A model generated the notes under the pieces. It did no database searches. It was not told where the DNA came from and was given only the letters and a program-made list of their open reading frames with translations. A stretch of DNA of 64,000 nucleotides. Source: Phoronis australis. Lineage: Eukaryota > Animalia > Phoronida. This document shows positions 28,501 through 43,500 of this stretch, piece after piece. The translations under genes were made by a program, and so were the position numbers. Positions within the stretch are counted from its first letter, which is position 1. Each line of letters begins with the position of its first letter. The stretch spans positions 62,001 through 126,000 of the forward strand of contig NMRA01000238.1 in the NCBI GenBank assembly GCA_002633005.1. The letters run 5' to 3'.

Positions 28501-31500
28501 TGGGATAAATTTTACTAATAACTTGAACCATGTTACTGTAAAATCTCACCAACTTCAAACAAAAATACTGACAAAATTGATCTTTTTTCAAGGTTCCTAA
28601 CTGTGTGAATGCTGATGATTTCTCAAAACTATGGTATAGTTAAAAATGATAAAGCAATTTATTTGGTGTAACACCTATCTTAAAACGAAAAAAACATTTC
28701 AACTCATCTGCTACATTGTATCTTAACTTGGTGAGGTTTCACCTTAACAAAGAAATCTACATATTACTGTGGAAATGGAAAAGTGGGGGAGTAATGATCA
28801 TTTCAGAAAGTGGGAGAGTTAATGATTATTTCAGAAAAGAATTTAGGTGTGACCCTCGAATTCTTATCCACAAGAACTCAGGAGACAGTAGAGAGTGTGA
28901 CATTTAGTAGGAGAGGCAAAATGACTTCAATGAAATCAGGTTGAATGCACGCTTAGCTTTAGTCTCACATAGATTTAGTGAGTGTGTACTAGGTATGAGT
29001 TCAAAGATAAACAGTGTTCTCAACAACAACACCATCAAGGGCACTGCCTGCTTGACAAGTAACCATTAGTGTACAAGTGATCCTTGACTTATGACAGGCT
29101 ACATTCAAAGAGTGACATATTCTGACTGAAACAAACTGCAAGAAGTAAACAACAAATTTTGGAGACTGAAAAGCTGAATTCAAAATTCAAAGACCCCGTC
29201 TTGTCAGTACTTACATACCTTACTAGTATTTCATCAAAATAGCAATTCACAAGGTATAGGAAACCTGCAAAATGGCCAATTGCTGTTTTGAAAACCATTG
29301 CACGAACAAATTAATTTTTAAGATAAAACAATCAACCCTTCTGGGTCACCATAAATACATGGGTCAATTATAACTCAGCCTATTTGTAGTAAAGGGCTCC
29401 GTGCTACAATGAGGTGACATTATCACTAAGCCTATCTTAAGTCAAGGACCTTGTGTAATAATGAAGTGATATTAGTGAAAAAATGCTTTAGAGAAAAGGT
29501 CAGTGTCAGTTTGTTATGGAATATACAGTTTAGCGGTTCAAAGTACAAATGTGATGAGCTAAAATTTTAATGAAATTAATTATACAAGCGCAATCTGTGA
29601 ACCTGTTGAGAACACTGCAATCACCAATTTGAAGACATGCTTCCACACGGAATGCTCCTGTTACTAATACATATCAGACCTTTTACACTTGTGTTGCATC
29701 ACTGCGCCCTGTGTGAGCATCGCAAATGGTCAACATATCAGTGGTGCTAATTGTCAGATATTTCCACACTAGCCAGGTCCATCATTTAGGAAAACACATG
29801 CCAATTGTTAAGAAAAGCGATATAAGAACTTGACACTAGGATGTGATAGGATAATCAGCCATCTAAAACCAACAATAGTCGTGTTTTCTTCAACAGGAAC
29901 ACATCTGCCAAACTTCATGACGGTTCATCAAACAATTTGGTAGATATTAGAGCAGGAGCAAACAAACTTTTGATACAACAGCACCTGGGTCCTCCTCGAT
30001 AGAATCGCTTATCCTAAATTTCATAAAGAGCCATCAAATAACTTCATAGGTATTGAAGAAGATGTGAAAAAGCTAAAATAGCCACAAGAGGGCACCAAAG
30101 TAGATCTGTTTGAAAATTAATATCGGCCAGGCTCTCCTCAACAGGTACACACCTGCCAACTTTCATCATTCATGATTCTTCAAGTCACCTGGTGGTTTGG
30201 GACGCAGAGTCCAAAAAAAACACAAAAATAGACACTATTGACATAGAATAAATGGAATCTGTCTGAAACTAGGAAGCTGCAATTGTCTCCTTAACAGAAA
30301 GTTTTTGTGAAATTTCATGAACACCTATCAACTTAAGGCACTTGGTATATAATATTAAGGCTTACATAATGAAAATCTAAATTGTCACCAGGAAATGCCG
30401 CTGTATTCAGACCTGTCCAAAAATCTGCGTTAGCCATGTTATCTCAAATAGGGACACATCAGCCCAATTTGATTATGATCCTTCAAGTGGTTTCAGGATA
30501 GGGACGCACATGGCAAAAACAAAAATAACAACAATGAAAATGGCAACTAGAGGCTGCCAAAATATTGTAACTTTTCTACTCTGCTACAGAGTACAGAAAC
30601 TTGTAGCTACCAAGCCCAGAGAATGAAAACTCAAAACCTCTGAACTAAAAATATGAGTGCAGATTCATCATGTACAAAGCTATGTTCTGACTGACTAAAC
30701 TCAGTTGTCACTCTTTCTATGTTGTTGTTGAACTGTTATGTTCTTGTTACTGTTCACACAAGCAGGGTTAAAACTGTTGTAACCTTACTTTGTGGTTTTA
30801 GCCACTAGGAGTCACTGCAATTGCTTTCCGATTCACCCCAGTTAATGCCGGACAGAGATGACAGCAATATGCACCCACACATGTATATCAGGGCGCGTAA
30901 ACATGGAGACACCCAAGGTTTAGGCTTATTCACTAGTTCACCCAATGTGGAAACAGGACTTCCTCAACAGGTGACGTATAAAAATTGAGGAAGAACAGGA
31001 AAGTGAGGTCATGCCAGACAGCCAACACATCATACCAAAGACATCAACAGGTAGGGTGATACCTACTTCCTTATCATTGTCTTTCTGGAAACAACAGATG
31101 GCGCTCAATGTAGTATCAAGCATGGAGAGCAAAAACACTGTTGACAGGTTATTAAGTGCAGTGTTTGTGAATCTAATTTGTGCAACACACAATTATGTGT
31201 TGTGGACTAACACCACTTAGATGTTATCAACTGCAATAAAAATAATTGCAGGCGGTCTGGTACACGTTGTACCACAAATGCGCTCAGGTGGGCCTAATGC
31301 ACTGACTACCTGGAACCATTTTTAGGCTTTATTAATATACAGTTTAACTGCAGTGACGAGGAGACAGTTAGGCTGTGCAGGTTACAAACTCAGGGATAAT
31401 TTTAGGAGCACGCCTCACATCATTGGAGCAATAAAAATGTTCATTGACACGCTTTGATCGCTGAACTCGGGCAGCAGGTGCATTAACACTGTAACGCAGT

Positions 31501-34500
31501 CATGCCTCATTTTGTCTTGAATAAAATGCATTGCATCCCATAGCAACAACACTAATGCAAAGCAGAAGATCAAACATAGTGGGAGTGACCAAAAGGTTTT
31601 GTGAAAATACAAATCCCAGCAGTGCATTTATTAATGATGTAATTGGTTAAATTGAAATACTGTTAGCCATTTAGATAAAACGCTAAACGCCGCGTAAGAT
31701 TCTCAGGTAGCAGACGAAATCACACTCAATAAAATGCCCCCTCCTGAAAAATTGAATCGAAAAAGAACACAAAACACTAGCGTGACCCATAGTGCCTCCA
31801 AATTGGCCCATGCATTTGAAGTCCTGCAGGTCAGTTGACCCATAGCAACCCTTTTCTAAAATGATCCCTGCAAACTACATTTGGCCATGTGGCCATACTT
31901 AGTAAGTTTATCCTGATACCTACTTGCTCTGTATGACTCTAAAACGCAAATTCCAATAAAAGTTTGATAGCTAATTACTTCAGTTTTATCAATAAACCAT
32001 ATTCTCTCTAATTAGTGTTCACATGGGTACAAGTAACTTTATTAACTCTTTTTAGAGGATATCATTCCATAATACGTTAGTTCCATAATCAAACACTGAA
32101 AAGAGTGGTCAACAACTTGAAGCAAACTATTGAACAAAAGCCACCCGATAGATTCTCCAAATTAGCCTTTCCCAGGATTAATTAGGGAGAGTATGGTTTT
32201 AAACTCATTCTTTATCAATGCAACACAGAAGTTGGTGAATAAATTTGTTGGTTTAACAATCGAATTAATAAAACAGTAAAATTTAGAACCGTTTTCACTT
32301 CTAGCTGATAAGTTATTTGAAACTGAAAAAGTTGCACAATCCCAATTGAGACAATCAACTTCTTGATCTATTTTTTGAAACTTGCACTTCAATTGTTAAG
32401 TAAAAACTTACATGAGTAAGATTTCAAAGAAACGAGAAAATTCCCTCACAAAAGATAAAATACAGTAATATTGAGTGGATGAACTAGAACAATGATGGAG
32501 ACGAACTTCGTACGATAAGATGCGACTGACGCAAGGTATACAGTAATGATGGAGCTGCGTCATACAGGTCACGTGACCACCATCAAGCCAGTACATTACC
32601 TCATCTCGTCTGATCCAGGTCACCTTTGCGTCTGGATCGTCGACACGCACTTGAAACACAGCATCCTCTTTCTCAAGGTGCTCCAAATCTTTAAGGGTCT
32701 TGGTAAACTCGTACTCGGGTTCTGGGAAATATTGGCTACACGTTACATTTAAACTGAATTGCAATCAGTCCAAGTGAATATTTCAAAGATAATCCTCACT
32801 TTATTATAATTCACTAGTTAAATATATAGAACTAGTCTCGTCAATAGAGTTATCACAACAGCAGAAACATTTCCTAAATAATTTCCAGGAATGTATTTGC
32901 ACTTTCTACTACAAATTTTTTGAGAATTCAAATTGCAGCTCTGGTGGCCATTTTGCTGGTGCACCACCAAAAATTCAAACTCAAGAACAACCTAAATCAT
33001 TACTTGTGAATACGTTTTCACTCAACTGACTGGCTTTAAAATTTGATTTGTAAATTTTTAACCAAATTTTAACCAAAATGAAGGGGAAACAAGTTTCTTT
33101 AAGGGACCTTTTTGCTTAGCCTTGACACCAAACTCATGAAATAAGGTGTTTACAAGAAGATGCTTTGCCAAATGTCAGAGCCTAACATTTTTTGTAAAAC
33201 ATCTAAAACCAAGCATTGCTGAAACTGAAAGTTGACATCACAATAATTCATGTCCATTCTTACCAGTGTCAACCCATGGTAAACCTTTGATAATTGGTAA
33301 CTCACAACATGGTCTGCTTATTTCAGGTGCATCCTGGGTATAACACTTACCTTCCACAATCAACTTGCAATGAGTCTCATCACCTTCAACCTTACACGAG
33401 TATTCTGCCCCGTCCTCATACAACGCCTGACGAATGATCAGAATACATCGATTCTCCCGCCTTTGTTGGCTAATGTGGCTTCCTTTCTCCTGAAACAGGT
33501 TGAACAAAAACAATGAGACTTCTAGGAAGAAGAGCACAAACCAGCGGCAAAGTTACAGTTAAGTCCCACATATGGCGATTGCAGAGCGTCCCTAGAATGT
33601 GAACATATTATTAATGACGGACAGACTGACACAATGTTGTGACTACAGGACTGAAGTTAGGCTACAATCACAATCACATGACCATACAACTACAAAACAC
33701 AAGGCCAGTGAGTGCTCCAATTAACTAAGTACCACTGTTATAGTTAGAGAACAAAATCACATAAAAAATTGCTTTTGCTGAAGTGCACATAATGCAAAAT
33801 GTAAACTGGTCAAAGCCCAACTAGATTTTGACGTTATTTTTGTCAGAATTCTGTTATCGTTCAAAATTGTAATTCACGTTACTAATAAAAGCATCCAGCT
33901 AGAGTTACTATATATTGCGATAAATAACTTGGCTGGTCAGTCAATGTAAGTCTACTCTACAGAGAAAAGAAAATTTGTCACGGCAAAACAAACCATAAGA
34001 AAGCACGCCAATTAGGATTTCACAACATTTACAGTAAAAATTTTCCAGTTTGGGCAAGGAAGTTATTAATTTATTCAAGAACCATGCTTGCACCAAAGTT
34101 TTAGAAATATATAACAATGGTCGGTCCAAATTCAAAAATTAAGAACAACAACATACGATTAGTCACCTTCATGTTACACATGAAAACAGATATTTTTGAC
34201 AATTTTACGGACTCCTAAGTCAATATTAAGACTCTGTTGATACAAAACACTGTGTCCTTGAGAAACATGATGAACTTCAAAACTGCCATGTCCCCACCTT
34301 CAGCATGAAGAAAATTCAATTTCAGCTTGAATTTTAATATCCAAAATTTAGAGATGGTCCCAAACTGGAGAATTTTCACAGTTGTATTAAAAGAAACTCA
34401 ACACTCAAAATAAAACAGGTGTAAACATCAATGAGGAACAAAGCCACCATATTACCAATAGTCAAAACTGTACTTTGTAATCGAGCCTTAATCCAATAGC

Positions 34501-37500
34501 AACATCATCTTTACCATGTTTCCAGACTTGACAAATTAATTTGGGCACAAGATGGCGATGCCTGGTAAACACGACTACGGTCCCACTTTCGGCTAACAAG
34601 GGCAACACAGTGCTTTGATATGTGCCCAAAGTGTACCACGGTATGATTTTATGGGAGCTTATCAGGTACAATTTGACAACAAGGGGTGGCTGCAATTGTT
34701 AGAATTCACAGAAATACAAAAAAAAACGATGGAACACAGCACTCAGCAACCATACACTGGCAGGTGCAGTCCATTTCTTTTTACTAAGACCAATCATGAG
34801 ATATAGCAGATTCACTATTATGTTGCTACACAATGAGGAGGAGTAAGTAAAAATTTCTTTAGAAAGTTCAAATTTTATTTTTATTTAATGCTTTTTCAAA
34901 ATACTTAAAGAACGGTGTAAGTTACGATTTTCTAATTCTTAAAGTTATTGGTAGTTCCACCTTGTTTAGTCTTAAGTCTCGTGTAACTGGATGAACACAC
35001 ATGGCTTTAACTAAGGTACTGTTTGACTACAGGGGTGGTTGAGAGACAACAACATGCAGTAAGCCCCCATCAACTCACATAATTGCGCTGCAAATAACAA
35101 AACATTGACTCAGTATACATGAAAGAGCTCACAGTGTCAGATTGATGGTCTCCAGCAAATGCCTGGATTCAAATTACATGGACATTCAGATTCTAGACTG
35201 TCCAAATTGGATTTCATTAGAAAAGAGCAAGAAAGTGATTTATGAGTCAGACAGTGATTGCCAAATAATTGAACCTTATCTGTTAAGTGCTGATTCTCAG
35301 GTGTTTTTAAATACCTGAGAATCTGTGCTTAACAGACTAAAAGCATTTTTATTAGTACAAAATTTAAAGAAAATAACACCAAAACAACAAACACTCTGAA
35401 ATGAGAGATAGAATATTTAAAACATATAATGAACTTTAAAAAATTATGAATCAACAGACAATCAGTTGAAAATGAAACACATAAAACCATAATGCTGGCA
35501 TTCAAAAATATGAAAAAAGACAGACTAGTGAGTGACATTTGGCGAAATAAGATTGATAAACGAAAATGACAATCACGATGATAATGAATGACAGCAAAAG
35601 TGATTAAGACAAATACACTTGTACAGTAGGCAATAAGACCCATACCCCTGTACAGTAGGCAATAAGACCCATACCCCCTGTACAGCAGACAATAAGACTC
35701 ATACCCCTGTACAGTAGACAACAAGACCCACACCCCTGTTCAGCAGACAACAAGACCCACGCCCCTATACAGTAGACGACAAGACTCACACCCCTGTACA
35801 GTAGACAATAAGACCCACGCCCCTGTACAGTAAACGATAAGACCCACACCCCTGTACAGTAGACGATAAGACCCACGCCCCTGTACAGTAAACGATAAGA
35901 CCCACACAACTGTACAGTAGACGATAAGACCCATACCCCTGTACAGTAGACAATAAGACCCATACCCCTGTGCAGTAAACAATAAACAAATCAAAGAACA
36001 GAATGGAAAAAGTTAATAAAGGGCAAGTCCTGATGTAAAATGGCTGGCATACTCTAGATACTGCTTGAAAAGATCCACCGAGATACCAAATTTCAGAAAG
36101 AACCCTGCCAGCAGAGCTATGGATGGCCAAAGCAAAGAAAAGTCCACCACAGTGCCATCTTGCATATGATTTCAGCCAAAAACAATTATGGTCTGAGACA
36201 CTGAGCAAATCTCACGTCGATTGGGCAAAAATGGGTGCAAACAAAGATTCTGAAACAAAAAATCATGACAGAGCAATATACATGGCAAAAAATATCGATT
36301 TCGCCAAGTAATAATAATAACAGACATCAATACAAATATAATGTTCAGTGTTCATTCATTTTCAAGTCACTAAAATTTACCAAATGATGATTGCTATGAA
36401 AATGTCACTTCATTCAACAATTCAGCTTTACCACTTGTGAACCAATATGTTGGTAAATCTTAGTAGCATCAACTAAAATAGTAACATTCACTAAGTTATG
36501 AACAACAAGCATTTGTCACAGGGTGTTGTCCCCCGCCGCCTTGGGATGTGCACTCTTTCAAGGCTATAATTTTAACTGGTATATCTTTTGTGTTAAAATA
36601 AGCCAGAAGAATATCTTTGCAACACTTAATTTCCAACATAGCTGACAAAGATTATTAAATTACAGTTCCTGAACACTTTAAATGATAAAACATTCATCTA
36701 ACATGTTCACACACTGCATGACGTGATGTAGTTTCAACATTTTGCACTATGACTGTGAAAATAACATCAACATTGTCTAGAGATGTCCCACCTTCTTGAG
36801 GTATATACATAAAACATTTGCCTAGTAAGGCTCTTAAATTTCTTATTATAACTTTGAAATTTTGGTCAAGACTGCCAAATTGTATTGACGCCTGAAGATG
36901 GCCCAACTACACCTCGGTGGAAAATGCCTTCACAACATATTACACCCAAAACATTTTCCAAGTAGAAATCTTAAATACAAAACCATAACCTTGAAAACAA
37001 GGGCAAGTTCCAGAAATTCATCTTGCGCCTGGAGATGCCCACCTACACCTAGGTAAAAATTTCAAAACATCAAGTTTCTTCATGAGATATTGTCCCAACA
37101 TTTTTACCAGTAGAACTAATTTTTATGTGACTTTGAAAACGATGTCAATGTTGCCAAATTTAACTGGTGCCCAAAGAAGCCCAGACACACCTCAGTATAA
37201 TATGTATATAAATTTTATCTAGAGATGGTGGAGCAACAACATTTTTCAAGTTAAACTCTTCAAATTTATTGCAATTCCCTTTAAAATGACGTCAAAGACA
37301 GAAAGACAGCCAGGCGCCTGGGATAGCATGTCTACCTTCTTGGGATATCATACTGATAACATTGTGGGACACACAGACGGACATTCACGAATACTGTCCC
37401 CTGCTTCATCCTAATGCGCGGCAGGGGACAAAAGTTCACTTATTCATTAACAAAATCATAAAACAATTGAAATAAAAGTAGTAATTACAACAACAGCATA

Positions 37501-40500
37501 AAAGGCAAGTTACGGTAGGTCCGTTTGAGGAAAGCAACAGTGTTGTCTGAAAAGTGGCGTGATGCGTTGGTCAACATTAAAGCTGCATGAATCAGAGAAC
37601 ATGCATGGTGTGTTGCGGGAGTCAGCCGATATTAGTCACAGAGAAATCGAGCATATTCAACTTTCCTCACTCCCCACTTTTTGTTCGGGCCAACAATGTT
37701 GCTTGTCTGACATGGCCTTAAAACTTTAACAAGGGCCCAAGATCCAATCTTGATACTCTAAATCAAACTCTTAGTTTGATAATGTCAGTTGCATATATCA
37801 TATTGAGATAAGCATTGTTTAAGTAATTGGCTAATTTGTCCTATTTCTGAATAACTTCTTTAAGTATTGATAGTAGACTCATGAAACTATAAATTTTCAA
37901 AATCCTTTATGATCACAGTATCCTAACCTGTGCACAAAAACAACGCCCATGTTCTTTTCTAAATCACAATTTTTCACAGAGATTGCTGTATTTTTCACAA
38001 ACACGATTTTTTTGCTTGAAACAGAATTTCCAAGCTTTGTGCACAAAAATGCATGTTTGTCGAACTTCAGTGATCACATTATTACGAAAATCTGGGCATT
38101 CAAAAAGTCAAATTAGATACTTGGCAACAAAGGTCATGGCTTACCTTAAGGTTATGCCTTAGGAGAACAGAAAATGTCTAAATTAAGTTGAGAGTTCAAT
38201 TTTGAGTACCAACTAAGATTGGATCTCAGGCACAAAGAGTTAGTTAGATGAGGAAAGAACAAACAGAAAAGACAAACTGGAAATCACGATCACACAGAGC
38301 ACATAGACCATCCGAGAGCATAAACAACACAAAGTGTTAACGAATTACGAGGACATACGTATTTTTCGTGCTGATCAATGTCAAAACAATCAATAAGACC
38401 CGAGGAAGTCCAAATCCAACAACAACCAGAACATGAAATTGGAATTTTTTTGTAAGTTTGAAAGTTCAATACTGTGATTTTTTAAATATTAATAGACAAT
38501 GATCTGTCCGATACTGGTGTCATTTTAACGCATGTAGTATCTTTATTATTAGGTTGTTACGTAGATTATGTTGGCTTTGAAGAATTCAAAAACTTATATA
38601 ATAATGTAACCATTTAGGAAAAATATAGAAGTTTTAATTTCCAAAGAACAAGCAAATTACTGGAAATCTAGAGTTTCTAAAAACACTACATAGAAGACAT
38701 GCTGGCTAATCAAAAGTTGAAATATATCGAAGAAAAAATACATAACTCTATCAAGAATACTTCAGAAAATTCTAGAAAAGAAATTTACCACAAGACAAAA
38801 TTGATGCAGGTGCAAATTGTAACATTTCTCACACACGAAAAAATCACTAATTTTGCACATGGAAGGAGAGACAGCACACATGAAGTAAAGAGCCTATGTT
38901 GCTGCAACAAAGAGACAGATGGACGAGCAAACAAACAAACAGTCAGCAGTGAATACAGGGTGACTGAGAGACAAACGAACAAACAATGAGCAGAAAATAC
39001 AGGGTGACCGAGAGACAAGCGACTTCATAAACGCTCATAGACGGGGTGGCCATAAGACGAGTGACGTGACAGAGCAAGCGCGACAGAGTTGAGTGACAGG
39101 TGGGCGGGCACCTGAACATCCAAAGCAACAGGCTGGTGGGAGGTCCTCACAGCAGGGTGACAGGTGAGCTACTACCAAGCTGGGCAGGCCAGACTTACTT
39201 TGATCAGCTCATCATTCTTATACCAGGAGACCGGAACCCTTATGTCAGAGACGAAACACTCGAGCTGCACGTCTTTTCTCTTTTGTGTTTTGTACGTTTT
39301 GTTCAGTTTCTGAGTGAATTTGAAAGTGGGTTTTCGCGCTGTAATAATGACATAGTGATATCAACTGAGGTTATTACAAATACATGTTACATACAGCCTC
39401 AGCAAGCTCAAGTTCACTAGCCCTCAAAATGGTTGCCACCAACCTCATAAATTATCTCTAGTATTGAAGACTTATTTTGAATGGGTTGATGCTAAATTTG
39501 ACATTATTTCCGTTACCACAAAAATAACCATGAGATTCCTTTTAGAAGACAGAAAATGTTCTACAAGACATGTTTTTTTAGACAAAAATTCTCCCAATCT
39601 CCCACTGGCAATGTATATTCCATTAGTAGCTAGTCAACTTGGCTGCAACAGGCAATAATATGAGTACAACTTACAATAACGGGTGTACCGTTCTTGTACC
39701 ACTTGACTGGCACGTCCACGTCATTTGTAAAACACTCTATTTGGAAGCTGGCGTTTTTTTTCACAAAGTACTGACTAGGAAGTTTTTGGGTGAAATAATA
39801 AATAGGCTTTCTGGCTGAAACGAGATCATGATAAATAGTCAACAAATCATCCTTTTTACCATAGTGAAATGAACAAATACAAAAAAAAAATTTAAAAGTG
39901 GCACAACAGAAGACAAAATTGAATTAAAGTAACTATTCAGGATTGGCCCTCATGACCACAGCATTGATTTAAAAACTTTAAGGTATGAACAAAATAAAAC
40001 ACGAGAGCGCTCGGAGGAGCACCACTTGGCGAAATTAAGCGAAAAGACGACAATGGGGACGACGACGACGAAGATGATGACGATGAAGGTGGTGATTATG
40101 AACAACACGATAACATTCATGTGACTAGCGAAGAAATTACTAAGAAACAGGTTGCAGTCTTGTTCAACAGAAGCTAAACCAAGAGCGCTCAACAAAGGAA
40201 AAGCGAAATCAGAAAATCCCGAATAATTCGAAAAGTAGATGTCCTAGCGAAAACCGGAAAACATCATCTGAAAGTCCATTAAAACTCTATCTAAATTGAC
40301 AGTAACGCACAATTCCGTAAATTTTTCGAAAAATTTAAACTTGTGTTTTTTTGAAATTCTAAATCAACTCGAAAACGGTAAGTCCAAGAGAAACGTTATC
40401 GCAGGACTTTTGAAAGAGCATACTTCAAAGAATTCAGATACAAAAATTCACGTCATTTGCTCTTCCCGTTAAAAAATGCGACTGCAGAATTATCGAAAAT

Positions 40501-43500
40501 GGGTGAAAATGCGCCAGAGCCGCCATCTTGAAAGTGACTTCCGGTTAAACAACTTTTATAATAGCCAATCAAACGACACAAACAGGTGACGAGATTGAAA
40601 ATCATTGGTTCACTAATGTGCCCTCTACAGGAGAAAACGTTTTCAGTCAGTTATCAAGGTGCGCATGCGCCATGGCCAATATTTCTGCCATCTTTGATCG
40701 GAAGTTAATGATTTACTGCGCAGTTGTAGTACTTGTGTTCTGTAATAATTATACCACGTTTCAGCTCCGCACGTTGAAAAATGCGGCCTCTATGAGCATT
40801 TGAATCTGAAACCGTAAACAAAATGGCTGCCACGTCCGCCATTTTGAATCCAAGGATGACCAAAAGCAACAGGCTTCCAGGACTTCCAGATCTACACGTC
40901 GTGTGCAAATTTCATGCAAATCGGACAAAAATTGTGACCTGTAGAGTGCGAAAAAACAAAAAAAACTTGATGGCATGCCAACATACTTGTCGAAATTCAA
41001 AGAATTCCACCAAGTAATAAGATTCGATTAATACAGTAAAACCAAAGAATTAATATCATGTAGCATCATTTAACGCAATAAGATACCCATTCATGACTGT
41101 TTTGAATAAAAACACTCACTTCGAATGAAAAGAAAAAAAAATAAAAGGGGAGACAGCTGCTTCTTCACCTATTAGTTAAAAGTGATTTCTCTGCTTCAGG
41201 AAAACAGACAAATTACAAACAGTCATAGTTATCTTGTTGAGAATGACTCGATTATGGATCAAAACTGACTAGACTTCACTCTTCTCAAAATCTTTGAAAT
41301 TCTCCAGGCTGCATAGTAGTTGGCCCAAACATAATGCTTTCTCGTGCTTTTTGGGCTTAACTCTTCTTATAGTGCATTGTATTTTTGTAATAAACATTAA
41401 AAAGTAGTTGGCTAATAGTCCAAATAGATTTAAAACCCAACATAAAGGGTAAGGACAATATCACTTCAGTAATCTTTGATCAGAGCATCGATCATTACCA
41501 GAACACAAAGGTGAATGTGATAAATGAGGTGAATGAGATGAATCATACCCAAGCACAACAACAGGGTGCTAACCACAGGTAACAAAGGCACAGGCGCCAT
41601 CTGGTGTCCACCACAGGAACTAATAATACAAGTAAGCAAGTCGGCAAATGATCAAGCCATTCTCAACAAGATTTGCCTCCAAGAAAGGTTGTTCCCCAAA
41701 TAAAATTTTAGAGCTGCAAAAAGCAATGGCAATTCCCATTGGGAAATAGACTGGTTGGCTGCCTGAACACTAGATAGAAATGCTGCTATATGATCACAGG
41801 CAACAATGCATCAGCTTAGGTATTGAAGGGCACCACTTGTCATATACTAAACACTAACAAACACTTATAATAGATTATTACCAAGCAGCAAGATTCTCTT
41901 GGTAATTAATTGAGTACCCCCTCTGCTTGGCAACCCACCAAAGCTTCTCACACAATGACTGAGGTTCTCCATCCAATCAAGTGGTTGACTGGTCATTGTG
42001 TGATAAAGTGAACCCTCAATCTAATTGGTCAACGCCTAGACCTTCAAGTTCACTCACCAACCTTGATGGCATCTTCACTGAACCATTCTTCAACTTAAGT
42101 TTTTAGGACACCATTTCAAAAGTACAGAACCAAAGGATAAAATGTGGGACAGCAGCAGATTTTTTTTGAGAACTGTCAGCAAGTGAGAGAGTGAATGCTT
42201 AATACGTGTTTGCAGAAGGCTGACCCATCTATAATTGTGGCCAACAGGTGGAGTAAGAGAGAGTGAATGTTTAACTCCTGCCTGGAGTCTTGCTTAATCT
42301 CATGATTGCTTATGCGTGAACTTCGAATACACAAGGAAACTTGAGACGTTCACTCAAATAATAACGTTCACGTCACTAAAAATTTGCACTACACTAAGTC
42401 AAATTACATTTTAATAAAACAACGTAAATTTTAACCATTTTTGCATCTATTCGGGATTTTATTCACCAAACAATAATAATTAAGCCATTTACATATTCCT
42501 CTGATTCTTCGACACATGTTACAGTAAAGGAGAATATGAGTGATCATGAGATCAATAATTACAAAAATTCTTTACACTGAACAAAAAAGTTCATCTGATT
42601 TCCCAAATAAATATTCAATTCCAAGTTCACGTGATCTTGAGATTAAGCAGGATTCCAAGTTCACACACATCAGACCCATCTATAGTTATGGCCAATAGGT
42701 GGAGTATGAGAGTGAATGTTTAATCCCTGCCTGGAGAAGGCAGATCAATCTATAATTGTGGTCAATATGTGGAGGTAGAGCAAATATCAAACCCCTACTT
42801 GGAGAAGGCTGATCCACCTTAAATCAAGGTCAACAGGTGTTAAGGCTGCAAAAACAACCAATAAGGTTATGGAAGACCCTTGGAAAATATCCACGTTTGA
42901 CTTATTTTGGAATCATATCTCTGAAATCATGATTGACTGAATTCACACGAAACTTTCAAATACTTTGTTTAATGCAGTTTTCCAAACTGCGGTTAGGAAT
43001 TGTTTATATAATGTTCCACATTTGCATGATGGAATATCAAATATATGACTTTCTGATTTTCATGAAAAAAACAACAGAAGTTGCATTAAATGGAACGAAA
43101 TAGAATATTAGAAATCTGTAACAGTGTTTTTTGAGCTTTCATCTTGTACACTTACATCAAATGGAATTTGATCGTGTTATTGATACTGTTGTTTTTGAAT
43201 CAATATACCTGTTTTGCTAAATGTGACCCAATTAATGACAGATTAATAAAAATACAAAAACCAAATTATATAGACTTTCTATGATCACAAAATATATAGT
43301 TTAACTGTTTTATAATATATATTATATCTTAATAATTGTAGATTCATGTATTTGGTTAAATACACAGAAATGACGATGAACTCATATGATCTTGATTTTG
43401 AAGATGTTACCATGTTCTTCAAAGTGAACAATGCAATCAGTACAATGGCTGTTCACATCATGTGACTAGTTTTCAAATTCTAACCATTAATACTTAATAA

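Noticed and set aside
31419-31488. 70-nt AG..GT segment as a possible exon
   Set aside because: Not frame-compatible with the phase-0 intron and would interrupt an Ig domain
35329-36208. Overlapping repetitive ORFs on the minus strand
   Set aside because: Translations of a ~30-bp minisatellite with no spacers or splice support
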